NCBI GenBank assembly: GCA_036172245.1 | Contig: JAYWIR010000002.1 | Span: 3,906,001-3,970,000, forward strand | Source of the DNA: Raillietiella orientalis | Taxonomy: Eukaryota | Direction of reading: 5' to 3' | DNA length: 64,000 bases | Shown: positions 24,660 to 38,400 of the stretch, piece by piece | How positions within the stretch are numbered: position 1 is the stretch's first letter | How the letters are laid out: each line of letters opens with the position of its first letter | Translations under genes and position numbers: made by a program | Notes under the pieces: generated by a model | Told to the model about the DNA's origin: nothing | The model's database searches: none | The model's input: only the letters and a program-made list of their open reading frames with translations

Positions 24660-25200
24660 AGTTTCTAGAGATACCAAGGAGATGAAGGAAAAAATGTATT
24701 CCAGGAAAACTCCGGAGAGCCGATCAGAAGACAAGAAGGAAAACATTAGTTATGCAGCACGCGAAACTCCACGAGAGAGGAGGAGCAAACTAAACATAGC
24801 CGATGCGGAATAGAGGAAAGAGGAAATAGAGGAAATTTTGCTGAGTGTGCTGGCTGGATTTAATCAAAGCTGTACTATTAGCGATTCGATGATAATACGC
24901 ACCCTCATATAAAAACAACTCGAACCACAAGAACTTACAAGGAAATAAGGAAAACAACTTTCCATTTAAGCTTGAGAAATATCATGGAAGTCTTGTTAAT
25001 GGCAATAAACTCTCTCCTCTCCTGTACCAGTATTGTGGAACCAACCATTGTGTGGCGAATGCTGTCAATGTAGCATCCTCAAAGAAATCACAGCTTTGCG
25101 AACTCTTGCGGAATTCTGTTCCAGGAACAGATAGAAGACTGGAAAGGGGCTGATCTGAAAGTGACCTGCTGCTCCACTAAAATCTCGAACAAAAGAAAAT
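24660..25200 (+). mobile_element. Possible decayed retrotransposon gag/ORF1-like remnant
   Basis: A purine-rich frame reads EMKEKM...EEIEEILLSVLAG...IIRTLI*KQLE with scattered stops, followed by the Cys cluster PLCGECCQC. Family not identifiable. Confidence 0.25.
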
Positions 25201-28200
25201 AAGGATCCTTTCGAATCTCAGTGAACAGTGAACTGTGGAAACAGAAGCGTTGCGGCCTCCAGCAGACAACACGGATTTGCCGGTGGCAGTCAACCCTGAG
25301 TTCTCCCTCTGAAATCTCGAATTTCTGCAAATGTTCGCAGTTGGCACTGCTTGCGACGCACCAGCGCCTTGCCTCTGGAGCCAGAAAGCAGTATAGGTTC
25401 TAGAGTGCTTTCAATCCCTATAGTTCTCCTAGCTGCCTACGGCAAAAGAGTTTCTCACTTCGCTCAGGATTTCAAAAAGGCTGATTTCTCTCTTACCAAC
25501 TCCTTCCTCCTTCCGCTTCGTTCTTCATTTCATGAAATTTCCGCCTTGCTGCTTTCTGCGGAGAGAGTACCGAAAACGTGAAGTCAATATCGCAGAACAA
25601 TCGTTTTCCCCGAACGTCCTCGCACTTCCGGTCGAATAAAGTTGATGTGAACAAAAACTCGAGAGTATTTGCTCAAGGCTTGAGCTGTTTATTTACTTGG
25701 CTACTGAATTACCGTCATCACGACGTATATTATCAGTTGATCGTAAGAAGTGGGGGACCTTCTTCGAGGAGGGAAATCGCCCCTGATGCCATTCAATTTT
25801 TAGAAATTTCCTAACAAATCTAATAGCGTCTAATATTAAATTTTTAGCCTTCCCCCTCCCCACTTACTATTCTTGCCGAGAGCATCTGACATGCAAATCG
25901 TTCCTTTACCATTCTTTCGGGTCGCTTTTTTTCTTATTCTTTTTTTTTTGCGAGGAAGTTGCTTGGTTGATATTAACGACATCCACGCTCTCTCCAGACT
26001 TGGAGCATGGAGAAAGGACATGAGGAAAGAGACAGCAATGTGCAACACGCGAGAGTAATTTTAGTATCGCAGCTTACGCCCATTTCGTTCTTTTTTGTTT
26101 CGTCCTCGCAACAAACCATGAGAAGCTTTGGCTCAAGGATATATTCGGGTTCTTTCATCCTGTGAAAGGGTAGGGTGCACCGAATTTTATTCATTCCCAT
26201 CTTTCCTTGGGTCTCGCCTGGTGCTTTTCTCTTTCCGAGAGTCTTTGTTCCTGAACAGTCAAGGTGGTTGAAGGAAGAAATGGCAATTTGGATTCCTAAA
26301 TGAGGTGATCTTCCCGCACATTCACTTTCTCCAAAGCGCACTCGCAGGCACCTTTAGTATCCACCACAGTGATTCATCACTATCAGGTTCTCTTCCATCC
26401 TTCAACAGTATTCAGGTGATGCGATTCTCTGATCCAGTGTGTTTCTTTCTTTAGTCATTATCTCCATGATGGCTGTCTCACGCTATTCCAATCACCAATT
26501 GATGTTCCCTGTGATAAATTTCCAACAGACTGAAACGCCCTTATTTGGTTGACGATCATTATGTCCATTGGAAGTCGAGTTTGCCAAGGCCCGTCGTTTC
26601 TGATCTGTCGCAGATGGGGAATTCCCGAATCCCTTCATCTCAATGCATGGCCACGTTTCTTGAGTGACACTGAACAAACGAAGGAGGAGCCCCACTGACC
26701 CATTATCCTGGCAGTTTTGCGGATTCGAGGGAGGGTTGCCATGGTGTCTTTTTCGATGCACGAGCGGAGGTACGGCCAAACGAGAAAAGGGAACTGCAAT
26801 CTTTTCGAAGGTTCCTTTTTGCCACGTGAATTCGCGTCAGCAAACCTCCCTGCTCCCTAGAGTTTTCTCATTACAGCGAGCTGCACTCTCTCTCGAGAAA
26901 GCACCGCTCGTGCTACTGACTCAACAGCACTCTCATTCGTCTGCAGCTTGCAGGGAGTTTCGTCTGTATCCAAGCACTGAGCGCGAATGTCTATCCTCCT
27001 TATCCTTCTTCCCTTCCGATTTTCTTAGTGCAGGTTCATCCAGGTGCCTTCGAGGAAAACACTTCTGCTTTCATGGTTCTCAAGGATCTGACTATCGAGA
27101 TGCTGTATGGCAGCAATTATACCATCTTACGAGCCCCCTTTGACTCCGGTCGTGCCTGGTGCCCCCTCGGAATCGGCTCCCAGTGTTCCACAAGAGTCCG
27201 GCCGCTAACAAATGAATCTTCTAATTCTTCGCTGCGGTTGCCACTGTATCTTGAGTCCAGCTCTTGTTTCCATCCACCCCCTCCGTGTTATCCTCCGTCC
27301 GTGTTATCCTATCCACTGTCCTGAGTGTGAGAAGCTTTGCCTTCTACACAGGATGGCATCCCACGACAACGCATGCCCCCTCTTCCTGGCTGCACGGTGT
27401 TCGAGAAGAGCTTCCGTGAGTTTCGCACACAGGTACTCGTTCAGAGGAACTGCAGTCCTGCATCGGTTTCTAGGGAGACAAGTTACGCATCGCCAGGCTA
27501 CTTTTATCCTGAAAGTACATCTTGCTGTCCTCTCCTTCGGCAATATGTGGTTCTCACCATTACGGAGGTATGCCAGATATCGCACCTCCTGTTTCGATGG
27601 TAAGAGACGCCTCCTAGGACCACGAGACGAAGAGCACACAGCGAGGGACCCTTTGGCTATAGCCTCGCAGCCTATTTCTATTGGTTCGTCTCTCATGCAG
27701 ATGACCATCCAAGCAGCTGGAACCCAGCAGGGGAGCGCATCACGAAGACTTTCCAGTCTTCTTGTGCAAACAGCTACACTGCCCTGAAGAGTCCCGCAAC
27801 AACATAAACTGCGCTCATGGAGACGATTCCTACTCTCTTCGCAACCTTTCGCCGTTCTGGACTCAAGACCGGGCAGTAGTGGTGCGAGGTGTGTACGGAT
27901 ACCGTTGGCGACGTTTACCAGACAGGTCTCGGGGAGACAAAAAAACAGTAACTGCACTCGCGCCCCCGTCAGTGGAGGCCCGCCGCCCAAGTGGCACCAC
28001 TTGAAGGTGGGATATCCCATGACTTTTGAGACCAAGAAAAGGAAATTCGCTTCCATGGATGTGGAAAAAACTGCGGTCAATGAAGCTATAAAGGGAGAAA
28101 AAACTTCGTTTTCCAAAGGGGGATAAAGAGGTTGAAGGGGAAAGGGGAGGAGCACTAGGGGGGATTTGTACCTGCAGCAGGCAGCGTCTCGACTCCACTT

Positions 28201-28694
28201 GTGCCATTTTTAAGATCTTTTGCTGAAGCGCAGCATTCATCATCGAAAGGGGACGCGAAAATCGTGGGCACCTGCCGCATCCACCGGGAAGTTCGCAAGG
28301 CAACCAACCACCGTTTCGATTTCGTTGTCCCCAGGAGAGCAGGTCACGGAGAGACGAACTTTCAAGTGTCCTGTTTGAAGCCAAAACTCACACGCGAAGC
28401 GGCATCTTCGCTCAACATACTCAAGATCCGATCGGCAGAGTGATTATCTGCTGCGAAAGTCGCAGGCTGTCTCTTTCGAAATCCGGATGGATGGCCGCCG
28501 TTATTTGTTTGTTTATTTTTGGTTTAAGAGAAATTCCCAAGGGCAGAAGGGGCGACGCGAGTTTCTTCAAGGAGGCACTCAGCCGTCGGTTTGATTCACA
28601 TCAAGAGCTGAAGATCGATCCGTTCCGGCAGCAGAGTGCCGCTGGCGAGCGCACATGCAGATACGGCGTTCGCTTGCTTCGAGCACATGCGAAA

Positions 28695-28745
28695 CACCAC
28701 CACCACCACCACCACCACCACCACCACCACCACCACCACCACCAT
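28695..28745. repeat. (CAC)n microsatellite, about 17 units
   Basis: Uninterrupted caccaccac... run read directly from the sequence. Confidence 0.97.
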
Positions 28746-30119
28746 GCGGTGATACGCTGCTGCTGTGATGATTTATGTGATTTTTCCCTCTTTGGAGAGG
28801 CCTGGAGAAATTGCACCGAGCAATCAAAAACACATTTGCAACCTGTTTTCCGGGAGTGTACGAACTTGATCTACCGATGATGCATCATCTTCAGGGGAAG
28901 GAAAAAGCGTGTAAACCCAAAAATGCTGTTCACGTTTTGTCTCATTTCCGCCCCGTAACTTAAAACGATGGTTCGGTTCGTGATTTTTCCCCAATAGAGG
29001 TGATATTCTTTTCTTTTTTTTTTTTAAAGTAAGTGCACTTTGGGGAAGTTATCTTTGGTTCTCCTTCATTACTCTTCAGCTCTTCGCTTCTCTCACTCCG
29101 ACGTACGACGGCGAAGCGCCGAAGTGAATGACACACACTTTTCGACGAGCAGTCGATTACATACGCTTTTGTCATGAACTGGATGTAACTGGCCAGTTTC
29201 GTCGACCACGTAGCCGCCATTTTGATTCCAAGAGCCCATGTGTCAGCACAACACGATTCTCCTGTTTAATGCCAAAGCCTATGCCTCGATGTTCCGAGCT
29301 TGAGTTCGAACATGGGGCAAAGAGGAAGTCTGGGATTCCTCTTTGACCTTTGATATACGAATGCTTCAAGTTCAACCAGTCGGACAGAGTAGAGATACCG
29401 AGCAGTATTGAGAAAAATCCTCTTCCATGGAACACACAATAAACAACGTCAAGGAATTTTTTTGCCATGAATGCGGCCCATGCCCAATACATAAAGAAGA
29501 ATGGTACTGTGGCACGTACCATGCAACTGTAACTTACCATCTGAGATCTAATTTCATTACAAGAATTCTTACCATTTTGCATCCTTATATATGAATAAGC
29601 ATATCCTATTTAATGGAAAATTAAATAGGAAAAATCAGGTCACAAAAATCTGGTGCTGGTATAAGCGTTATAGCCAATGGCTTTGAAACAGGTACGAAGA
29701 TATTATTGTCATTTATGAATATCAAAACTTTCAAAATATCAATTATTTACAAAAATTCTTCTGCCTGAATAATATCACAATGAATATTCTTATTCCTACA
29801 TAAAAGCATGTCCTGTATTTCTTTTCAAAGCTATCATTAGCATGATGATACTACGCCGATGATACTATCACCCATTTCTTTCATTAATCAGTATATAATT
29901 CGTACTATAAAAATACATGCTGTGCTCCGATAGATTTCCACATTCTATATTTCGGCAAGGATTGATACAATTTTAAAAAGTTGGTGAAAAAAAAATACCG
30001 CATTTGATATATTACGTACTATATATATAGTAGACCAACTTTTATACTTGGGACGATTCATCAGATCAATGAAAAATAATCACAATCAAACCTTACGCAA
30101 TCCCATTGATCTGAATGAT

Positions 30120-30760
30120 ATTGCATTTCAAGGATGCAGTAATTAATTCATTTACAGCATTTGCCTGCGACAAAGGGGAATGATGATTTGGTTGTCGAAT
30201 GGGAATAAATTTGAAATTAAAAGTGATGATGAACGGAATATGAAGGAAACAGGCACTGAACCCGGGATTTCATCTTGGTGGAGCTGCTAATGGGAATTTT
30301 CACATCTACTCTGACATCAGTTTGTACAGCATCATTTCTAAGAGTCTAAAAACTACCAATGAATAGTATTTTGTGTTGGATATAAATGAAGATAAGGTTA
30401 ATAAACCACCATTTGAGACGGTGGTCTATTGTGAAGCCCTGCTCAAAAGGAGAAGCGGTCGCTGTGGTTAAATAGGAAAAGTGGTTAAATAGGAAAGTCT
30501 ATAGAAACATATTTTCCACTTTGCTGGGCAGGATTTTGGACTCTACATTTGAATTTCATGTAATAACCAGCCATGAAGTAGAACTATATGAAATAGAATT
30601 GGGTTCTTCATTGCCCGAAATGGATATTTGGAAGAATGTTGGTGATTAGGAGAGAGAGGAATGCGAAGGTGAAGCGACTGATTGAGAAGCTGATATTTCT
30701 CCCAAATCGGTATCAACCATCGTAGAAGGTATTTTTGCTACGTATGAATACATAGACTTC
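30120..30760 (+). mobile_element. 3' fragment of an RNase H-containing LINE (RNase H plus C-terminal CCHC remnant), AT-rich
   Basis: HIYSD at 30301-30315 (RNase H I.SDS motif) and VLHCP at 30603-30617 (like ET.EH.L..CP), in the expected order. Confidence 0.45.
30464..30496. repeat. 17-bp tandem duplication
   Basis: GTGGTTAAATAGGAAAA followed by GTGGTTAAATAGGAAA. Confidence 0.9.
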
Positions 30761-32653
30761 GTTGATATGGAATCCTTTATAAAGGGGGTGAAGACGAGCG
30801 GAATTATTGCAACGGTGGGTGGTGAGAGATAAGCGAGAGGAGATGAGTGTCGAACGGGGAGAAATTATGGTAAATTGCAATGGGCAGGAATTTAGGATGA
30901 CGGAGGAGAAAGACGAAGGAAGAGAGAGAGAAAGGAAAGAAGCAAAGAAGACAAGAAAGGACGTCTTTCTCTTGGAAGAGAAAGACGTCCGTCCGAGAAG
31001 CACCTAGGTTGTGGATATCCTTTTGTTTTCTTCTGAATGTCGCTTCATTAGTTACTGAATCGGCAGCCGCTTACTCGTTGCTTAGCTTAGTAAGGGCGGT
31101 TTGTTTGTGATTTAGTCACGGAATTGATTGCTCGATTCCATTATGATAAATTGATCGTTGATCTTGGAGCGTGATGTCGTTTTGGAACTTTTATGCAGTT
31201 TGGAGGTGGCCCTGGTGGTCAAATAATTTGTGTCAATATCCTAGCTTGCATCGAGACATTAATATGGGGTATAAAAAGGACTGTTGACATCGACTTATAA
31301 TTTGACATTTACTTATGATGGACCATTAGAGTGACACATTCATGATCAATAATTTCTTGATAAGGAACAGATAGATGTATGAATATCCGATTTACATAAT
31401 GGAAGTTTGTTTTTCAGATTAACTACAGAAGTGATAGTGGGAGATTATGATTGGTATTCTAGAACTCTGTCCTCGTAGCAATTTGTTAAGGTATTCTTAC
31501 TTCCATGAACTATAGAAAGCAGAAATATTTCTATGCTAAGATACAGACTGTTCAAAACAGACTGTTCACACAGACTTGAGATCGAGTGGTGGCTGCAAAT
31601 AGCTTAAAACGAAACCAAGAAATCGAAAATCAAAGTATCGCGATGTGTGGAAAAATCAAGAGCATGGAATCCTTTCGGATTCGTTTGGTTGAAACTTCGG
31701 TTGCGTCGCATACCATGGATTCCTTTAATGGCCTTGAAACATAGTTACCAACTTCGAAAAGTTTGTGTCAGCAAAACTTGTGTATCAGTAACCTTCACAC
31801 AAAACCAAAGATATCTTTCCCATTTACAACAATGATAACCCATTTAATTAAACATCAGTGCACATGTCTGTGTATGCGTATTTCATTCCAATCAATGAGG
31901 TTATTTTTTCTCTAGTGTTGACTGAGTTTTGACCGGCACCATGTACCTGCTGTCTGAAGTTGCCACGCGAATACGAGCTCATGTCAGCAGCAGGAGCGAA
32001 GCCACACGCCGCAGACGTGAGACGAGTGGTTGAGTCGAAGTTTTTTTGATTTTCCCTACCGTTAAAATTCTGTGGGTTTTAATCATTAACTTACTTATTG
32101 TTACGCATAATCGAAAGGAAATAAAGTCATCTCCTCGTACCACTTTTCCTCTTGCAGGCTTGTACATTTTTGACTGATAAAGAAAATATGCGCAAGCTGT
32201 CAGCCCATTGATTTAAATGTGCGCTGCTGAAAGTTGCACGCAAAACATAAAAGGCCTACATATAGTTGCAATGATATACTGAAGCTTAGTTCTTTATCTG
32301 AATGAAATGAAACTGTAGGGGCAATACTGCATGCATTTGAAACCCAGATCCGTGTGAGAGTAATTTGCAGGTACCACACCACATCTAACACACTATATTC
32401 GACAATTTTAAAACATGGTAGTAACAATGGCAACAAATCCACTGGATGTTGAACAGATTTTATGGGACTTCACATCTTTCTGACAGATCCTTGATGACCA
32501 TTTTGCTGTATCAACCAGTCTCCTGCATTCATTCTATGCTGATCTTTCATAAGACAGGGAAAACTCATGCAAAATTCCTGTGCCTAGGATATGATTTACA
32601 CATTGCAATTTGGATCCCTAAATTATATCTTGGAGATCATATTTCTGAAAGCA

Positions 32654-33946
32654 CTAGAATGCAAGCCTTGCTTTTGTTTTGCCTTCTCTAATTTTAGCAA
32701 CAGCATTTCTGAAATCCATCATAGTAATGGGTTTCAGATGAGAGGCATCATTCTCATCATCACACAAAGAATTGCGAATGCAAGATAATGCTGCTTGGCG
32801 GCACACTTCATGTAGTTCAGCTCCTGAAAATCCATTTGTTATGCTTGCCAGCTGCTTCAGTTCAACATCATCTGCCACCGGTTCTGATTTCAAAATCAGT
32901 TCTAGGATCCCTAGTCTCTGCACCAAACCCTACCCCAGACAGTTATTCACCAAATTTCACACTGCCAACTTACTGGAAGGCCTACATACAGAGATGCTGG
33001 CATTCGGCGCAAAATGGCATTGTCCACATCTTGAGGTCGATTAGTGGCTCCCATAATGAGAACAGTACAGTCTGAATCAGTTACCAGGCCATCCCATAAA
33101 GACATAAACTGGGCCTTCATCATAGCAGTGACTTCATGGTCAGGACTGTCACGTGATCTCAAAAATGAATCTGGCAAAGCTGCTAATGTGCAACAGTCTT
33201 CTTACCAATTTCATCAATGAAAATTATAGTTGGCTGCAGCTTACAAGCCAGGCTGAAGACAGCAGCAGCCAGTTTCTGGCTTTCTCCATACCATTTATCC
33301 ATCAGTGTTGATACCTGTAAGTTTAAAAAATGTGTTCCTGCTTCTTTGGCTGTTGCTTTCGCAAGGAGTGTTTTGCCACAACCAGGAGGTCCATATAATA
33401 GCACTCCTAAGTTGCATTCATAAAACAGTTCTTTCATTGATTAGAGTTACCTTTTGGTGGCCTGATAAGTTTTGAATCCTGAAACAGCTTTTGATTTCTA
33501 ATCGGCAAAATAACTGTCTCCTTGAGCTCCACAATTACCTCATCCAGACCTGCAATGTCTGACCAGCTTATGCCCATTGAAATGGGCTCCACTAATTGAC
33601 CAGCTATGATCAGCTCATAATCCGTTAACTATAAAAAACACTTGTGATTCACTGAGTGTATTACTCACACTAAAAAGTTTCCAACCTCGATGTTTCGTTG
33701 GCGCACTCCGAGTTTTCCAAGAATTTCTTCCGCCTAAGACACGAGAAATGAAACGTGAATAGCACTCCACTTACGTACCTTTTTTTTGGCTTCCAATTTT
33801 TGTTTTCTGGTTGGATCAATAGCATTCACCATGTACTTAAACCCAAAGTACGATGTGGCGCAAATTATTGTAACTTTGATCACGAGAATTAAAATATCAT
33901 TTCTCAGGAAGTGCACTGATTTTGCAAACCTATCGTAACCTTCCAT
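32654..33946 (-). CDS. ATAD1: ATAD1/Msp1 (Thorase) AAA+ membrane protein dislocase, about 355 aa. Exons 33946-33779, 33733-33686, 33628-33451, 33406-33206, 33170-32974, 32929-32654
   Basis: N-terminal TM helix followed by [35 protein letters not shown], Walker [30 protein letters not shown], Walker [28 protein letters not shown] and [10 protein letters not shown]. Five GT-AG introns of 45, 57, 44, 35 and 44 nt keep frame. Confidence 0.97.
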
Positions 33947-36900
33947 AGTACCGAATTTCAAGTCCGCATTGTTAACTTAAAATAATTTTGTAAATACGTC
34001 TTCTGCATAAAGTGGGTGTCGGGGCACTCGTTTTCCTTTACAAAAAAACCAAAATATTACATACGGACGCTTGCAACTTCAAAAAAAAAAACTTCCAAGA
34101 TGATTAACTCAATATATCATAGATTCAGAGTTTCCTTCATCTTTTTGATGATCTCAAGAGTTTCATAAGAATTGAAGAATTCAACCAAAAGCCAATGTAC
34201 AAAACTTGTACTGCTTACATCATGAAGAAAAACTCATTCTGGTTCAATACAGAAAATTTAATTGCAAGTACGCACGTTCTGCATTTTTTACTTGTGCATG
34301 CGAATCTTTAAAGAAATGCCAAGTGCTCGTTTTCTCTTACTGTTCAATTCTACTTTTTTTGTTTGTCTGTTTTTTCTTTTCAATACTTACGTGCCTTCAT
34401 TTAAACTTCAAATGAGAACCAGGTTGCTCTACAATTAAGTTTGATAGACAAAATTGGAATACTGGGTCAAGTAGCCATATTTTAATACAGCATAGTAGTT
34501 CAATATGGCATAAATTTTAATACTTGTTGAAACAACCTATCTAAATGCTGCTTGTAGAAATCAAAAACATGGCAGGTCGTGTTTTATACGCAATAATGAG
34601 AATGCAGAAAATTTGAGTGATGGATGTCTGATGTTCGAGTGAGGGTCTTTCCAAAAGAGGAATTGCAGAAGTGTGAAAGTTGGCGGCTTCTGATGTGCAC
34701 ATTCTGTCTACAAACCTTCCGCGTTTCACTGCTGGGTAATCCAAAATGGAAATGAAAAAAAATTAGTTATGAAAAAAAATTCTGCAAATAGTTTGAAAGC
34801 GAATTTTTTTACCAGATCGTAGAAATGTTTGTTGCGTGAGCAGTTCTTAATACAATTGTCGAAGCGCTTCACTGCTGGAACATGATCATAAATTTAAAAA
34901 AGATGTAAACGTTAATTTCGTAAAAACTGAATGCTATTCAGTTCTAGTTAACTCTATTGAAAGTATAACATCTACTTCAAGTTACGAAATATGCAAATAG
35001 TAATCTAGTACATCATATCATTCAAGGAAGTTCTGCAGCTTGCTTTAACATCCTCTGAATTTTAGGGTACTGAATCTCAACGTAACAAGAAGAAACAGGC
35101 AGAGATTACGTCGATATAGATAAGGTATTTATATAGATTACAACAAATACCTATCAATGTTTCCATCAGAGTGTTTATAATTGACTGGAAAAAAATTATT
35201 TCAATCACTTTTAACAAAAATTTATATTCACTATTTCAAACTGAAAGATGTGTACTCGACGAATCTTTATCTAAATGATAATATTTTCATTCATTGAAAG
35301 GTTAGTCAAGGTTATTTCAGATATTCAGCTAATAAACCGAACTTTTTCGGCATTCCTCTGAAGATAAGATACAATGCTAAATGGTGCCTTACATTTGAAA
35401 ATTTTATGATCTGTTCCGTAATTTTTGTTTATTTATTACATGTGTAGTGGTTAATTTATTTCCGAAATGTTTCTAATGTGCGTTAGAAGAATTGAGATTT
35501 TCTTTAACAAGGATCTATGTTGTTTTTCCGTTGTGAATCCATTCTTTTTCGAAGAGCGATTTTGTGAGGATGGTACCACGTTGTGAAATGCATGAAACGA
35601 TTCACTTCCAGACGTTAAGGTTCCGTATCCCTGTCCAAAGGGAAACGAAAGGAAATGAAGGCAAAGAGTTAGTCGAAGAAAATGGTTCTAGCAGGGGAGC
35701 ACAGCTTACAGAGTTAGGATTAATCTACAGTGCCTCAGATCAACAAAATTGGGCAGGTGATGTGGGTATTTTCATAAATACAGATCAGATTAACCGGAAG
35801 AAAAATAATCACTCCAAATTGAATCTAAACCTGTAGTTTTCTCTATTATAATTCCTTTCTCGTATGTGTACACATTTTTCCGAAATTACAGTTTTACGAA
35901 AACGAAGGTCTCGTTGTTTTATCAGAAATAAAAGCAAGTAAATTTGCAGTGATTTTGTCCACTCGCTTGCTTCGTATTTTCTTGCCGAATATTAGTTCAC
36001 ATGAAACCTAGGAGCGATTGATGAACGGCATTGATTCGTAGCGGGATTCCGCTATAGCGTCCCGAGTTCGGAAGGTGTCTCTGCTCGAGAGCAGGCTGCC
36101 AAGCGAGGTCCACTCAGGGAAAACGGGGAGGCAAAGAGGGGGGGGGGGAGCAAGGAGAAGTAAACATAAAAAACTAAAAAAAGAGGAGGGGAATCAAGGG
36201 AAGAAGTGCACCAGGTGCAGACGGGCGGCCTACGAAGTTCTACCAACTCGTTGCAGCCGAACATACACCCTTAATGAGCAAACTGGCACTGCGGATCCGA
36301 GAGGCAGCACAAGTGCTTGCCTCTTTCAGGTCATCCAGGTTTCGTCCCCTTCCCCAAAGGGAGACCCGTGTGCTTCCTGAGCAACTGGTTCCCCATTACC
36401 ATCCTGAATGCGGAGTCGAGCTGCTTACCGAATACTGTGGGGCGTGCGAATAGGGCAAGTGGCTGCAATCCGTAGTCAGCCCGCAACAGACGTATACGCT
36501 CCAGAATCGAACCATGAATACTAACTTGTTCTGTGGCCACGCCTCGTTCGGACTGCACGGGGAAGGACTGCTGTGGCCGCCTTCAGAAAGAACGCAAGCT
36601 AAGCGGGAGTTTCCCGGGGGACAGCACCCGAGAAGGGAGCACCTGCAAAGGGTTTCCGGCCGAGTGCGCTATCAAGAGTTCTTTCTCCAACTACCAGGAC
36701 AGGAATTCGACAGGGGGACCGGTTGAAGACAATACGTTTCAGCCTGCTCCTTGAACTGGTGCTACCCCCCTCCCCCTTCCCTTCGAACTCGGATGACGCT
36801 CCAGGAGCGGCGGCCTGCGCCGACGACTTCCGCTGCTTGCTCAGAACTCTGAAGTCTCTCTCGAGACGTCTTTCGAGCGCTTGTGCAAGGGTGCCGACGA

Positions 36901-37799
36901 CCACGTCAGCAGTCAGACGTTGAAAATCGTGGTACACGGTTCGTCGCTGGACACGGGCTGGTCATATTCTTTGGAAATTCCCAGGGGTGCCCATACGTTC
37001 GTTCTCCCCGGTGGAGCTCTGGTCCGTCCGACTGGCGCAGCCGCGTCTTGCTCCAGCTCGCTTTCACTCGCCGGATCGTTCATCCAAAAATAAACAGACA
37101 GGTCATTGGGTGGACAGTTGCCTGAGAAAAACAAAAAGTAGTTCATCGGGAGGGCTCACCGATGCGCAGGTCGGTTTCAGCAGCAGGAGGGAAGGCGACA
37201 ATAAATAAATAAATGAAAAAGGGAAGAGACGGTACGCGAGACAGGGTCGGCAGCTCCTACCTTTTTAGTGCCAGCAAAGAATGCCGGCGATCTCCATGAC
37301 TTCTTCATAAAGGTGAGGCCACCGCCACTTCGCAGCCGTCCTCAGATAGGTCAGGTAGTGCCATGCGGGTGACCTCCCTTCTCTGTGTCCGAGATCCCAT
37401 CAAATGGTGAGCTGCCACAATAATGCGGATGCGGCATCTCGTTGCCATCTCGTGTGCACTCCTCGTCGCTACCGAGGCCTTGGAATCCTGACGCTGCAGC
37501 GCATGGAAGTTCCACTGAACTTCAGAAGACTGGCCTTCGTGGCACAGAACCGAGCCACCCATTGGTGCGCCCCTGCACGTTTGCTCTCGCGGCTGGCGGT
37601 CGGTGGCGAAGGACTCGCAACCCTGTTTGTGTGTCACCACTGCTGCCTCTCATCTTGCTGCTTCACCCTCCGGTGCGTTGCGGCTCTGGTGAGAGCAACA
37701 TGTGGATTTCCTGCAGCCCTGAGAACATTCCGGCCTAGCGGCAGGAGAAAGTGAGGACGTAGGCCCAGCTCACCCGGGATCTGTCGGAAGTTACCCGCT

Positions 37800-38400
37800 G
37801 CCGAGAGTTTCAGAAGAATAGCGGAACACTGGAGGCGGTGGGTAGTGAGCCATATTGGCCTATCCACCAGCCACCCCTTCGCCGCAGCGGTGTCCTTCGC
37901 TATCGAGGTACATGGCACCTGCCTACCGGCGAAGTGGGAGGTTTCCTGCGAGTTCTCGGCCCACAGAAAGCCTGTTGATGTCTGGGATACACGTCAGCAG
38001 GCTGACACGGCAACAGCAAGAACCGGCTCCAAAGGACTGGCACGTTGAGGCGAACTCTTCTCCATTCAGCCCGAAGAGTTGGAAGTGCCCTCCGTGTTTA
38101 CGGACAGTAAACTGCCTTTCCTCAACTAAGTCGTCCTCCGGGGCTTGTGGGAATGTCTCTCCGCGTCCCGTCCTCACCCCGCAGTCGCCATCGCAGCGCT
38201 GTGCTGCTGCGTGCGCGATGTCCTCTCGGCGAAGTGCGATGCCGAGAGAGGTCGCAGCGATGGGAGGGTTGCCTTGCACGCCATCCGCTTCCTGCGGATA
38301 GCTTCGAGATGGCTCCACCTGGAAAAGAAGAGCCCGCCGGCATCCTTCAACGGATGCAGAGACCCTACCCTCCACGAATGTGATCCCTTCCCTTCCCCTC
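37800..38400 (+). mobile_element. Possible GC-rich RNase H remnant of a LINE
   Basis: VFTDS at 38094-38108. The surrounding frames are disrupted. Confidence 0.25.

Noticed and set aside
15720-25010. Frames at 15.7-16.1, 19.1-20.4 and 24.7-25.0 kb that read like protein if TAA/TAG are read as Gln and TGA as Arg (stop reassignment or U-to-C editing)
   Set aside because: Stop density is about what random AT-rich DNA gives, and alternative frames read equally well. The regions carry retroelement motifs. GNMT, ATAD1 and the METTL7-like gene end in TAA, TAG and TGA with no internal stops, so the standard code holds.
28440-28880. Poly-His, poly-Trp and poly-Gly ORFs
   Set aside because: Translations of a (CAC)n microsatellite with no supporting coding context.
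29427-29595. CHECGPCPIH..WYC resembling a ZZ zinc finger
   Set aside because: The ORF is short, the ligand set is incomplete and there is no splice support.
36200-36260. KKCTRCRRAAY resembling a MYND zinc finger
   Set aside because: The remaining Cys/His ligands and any exon structure are missing.
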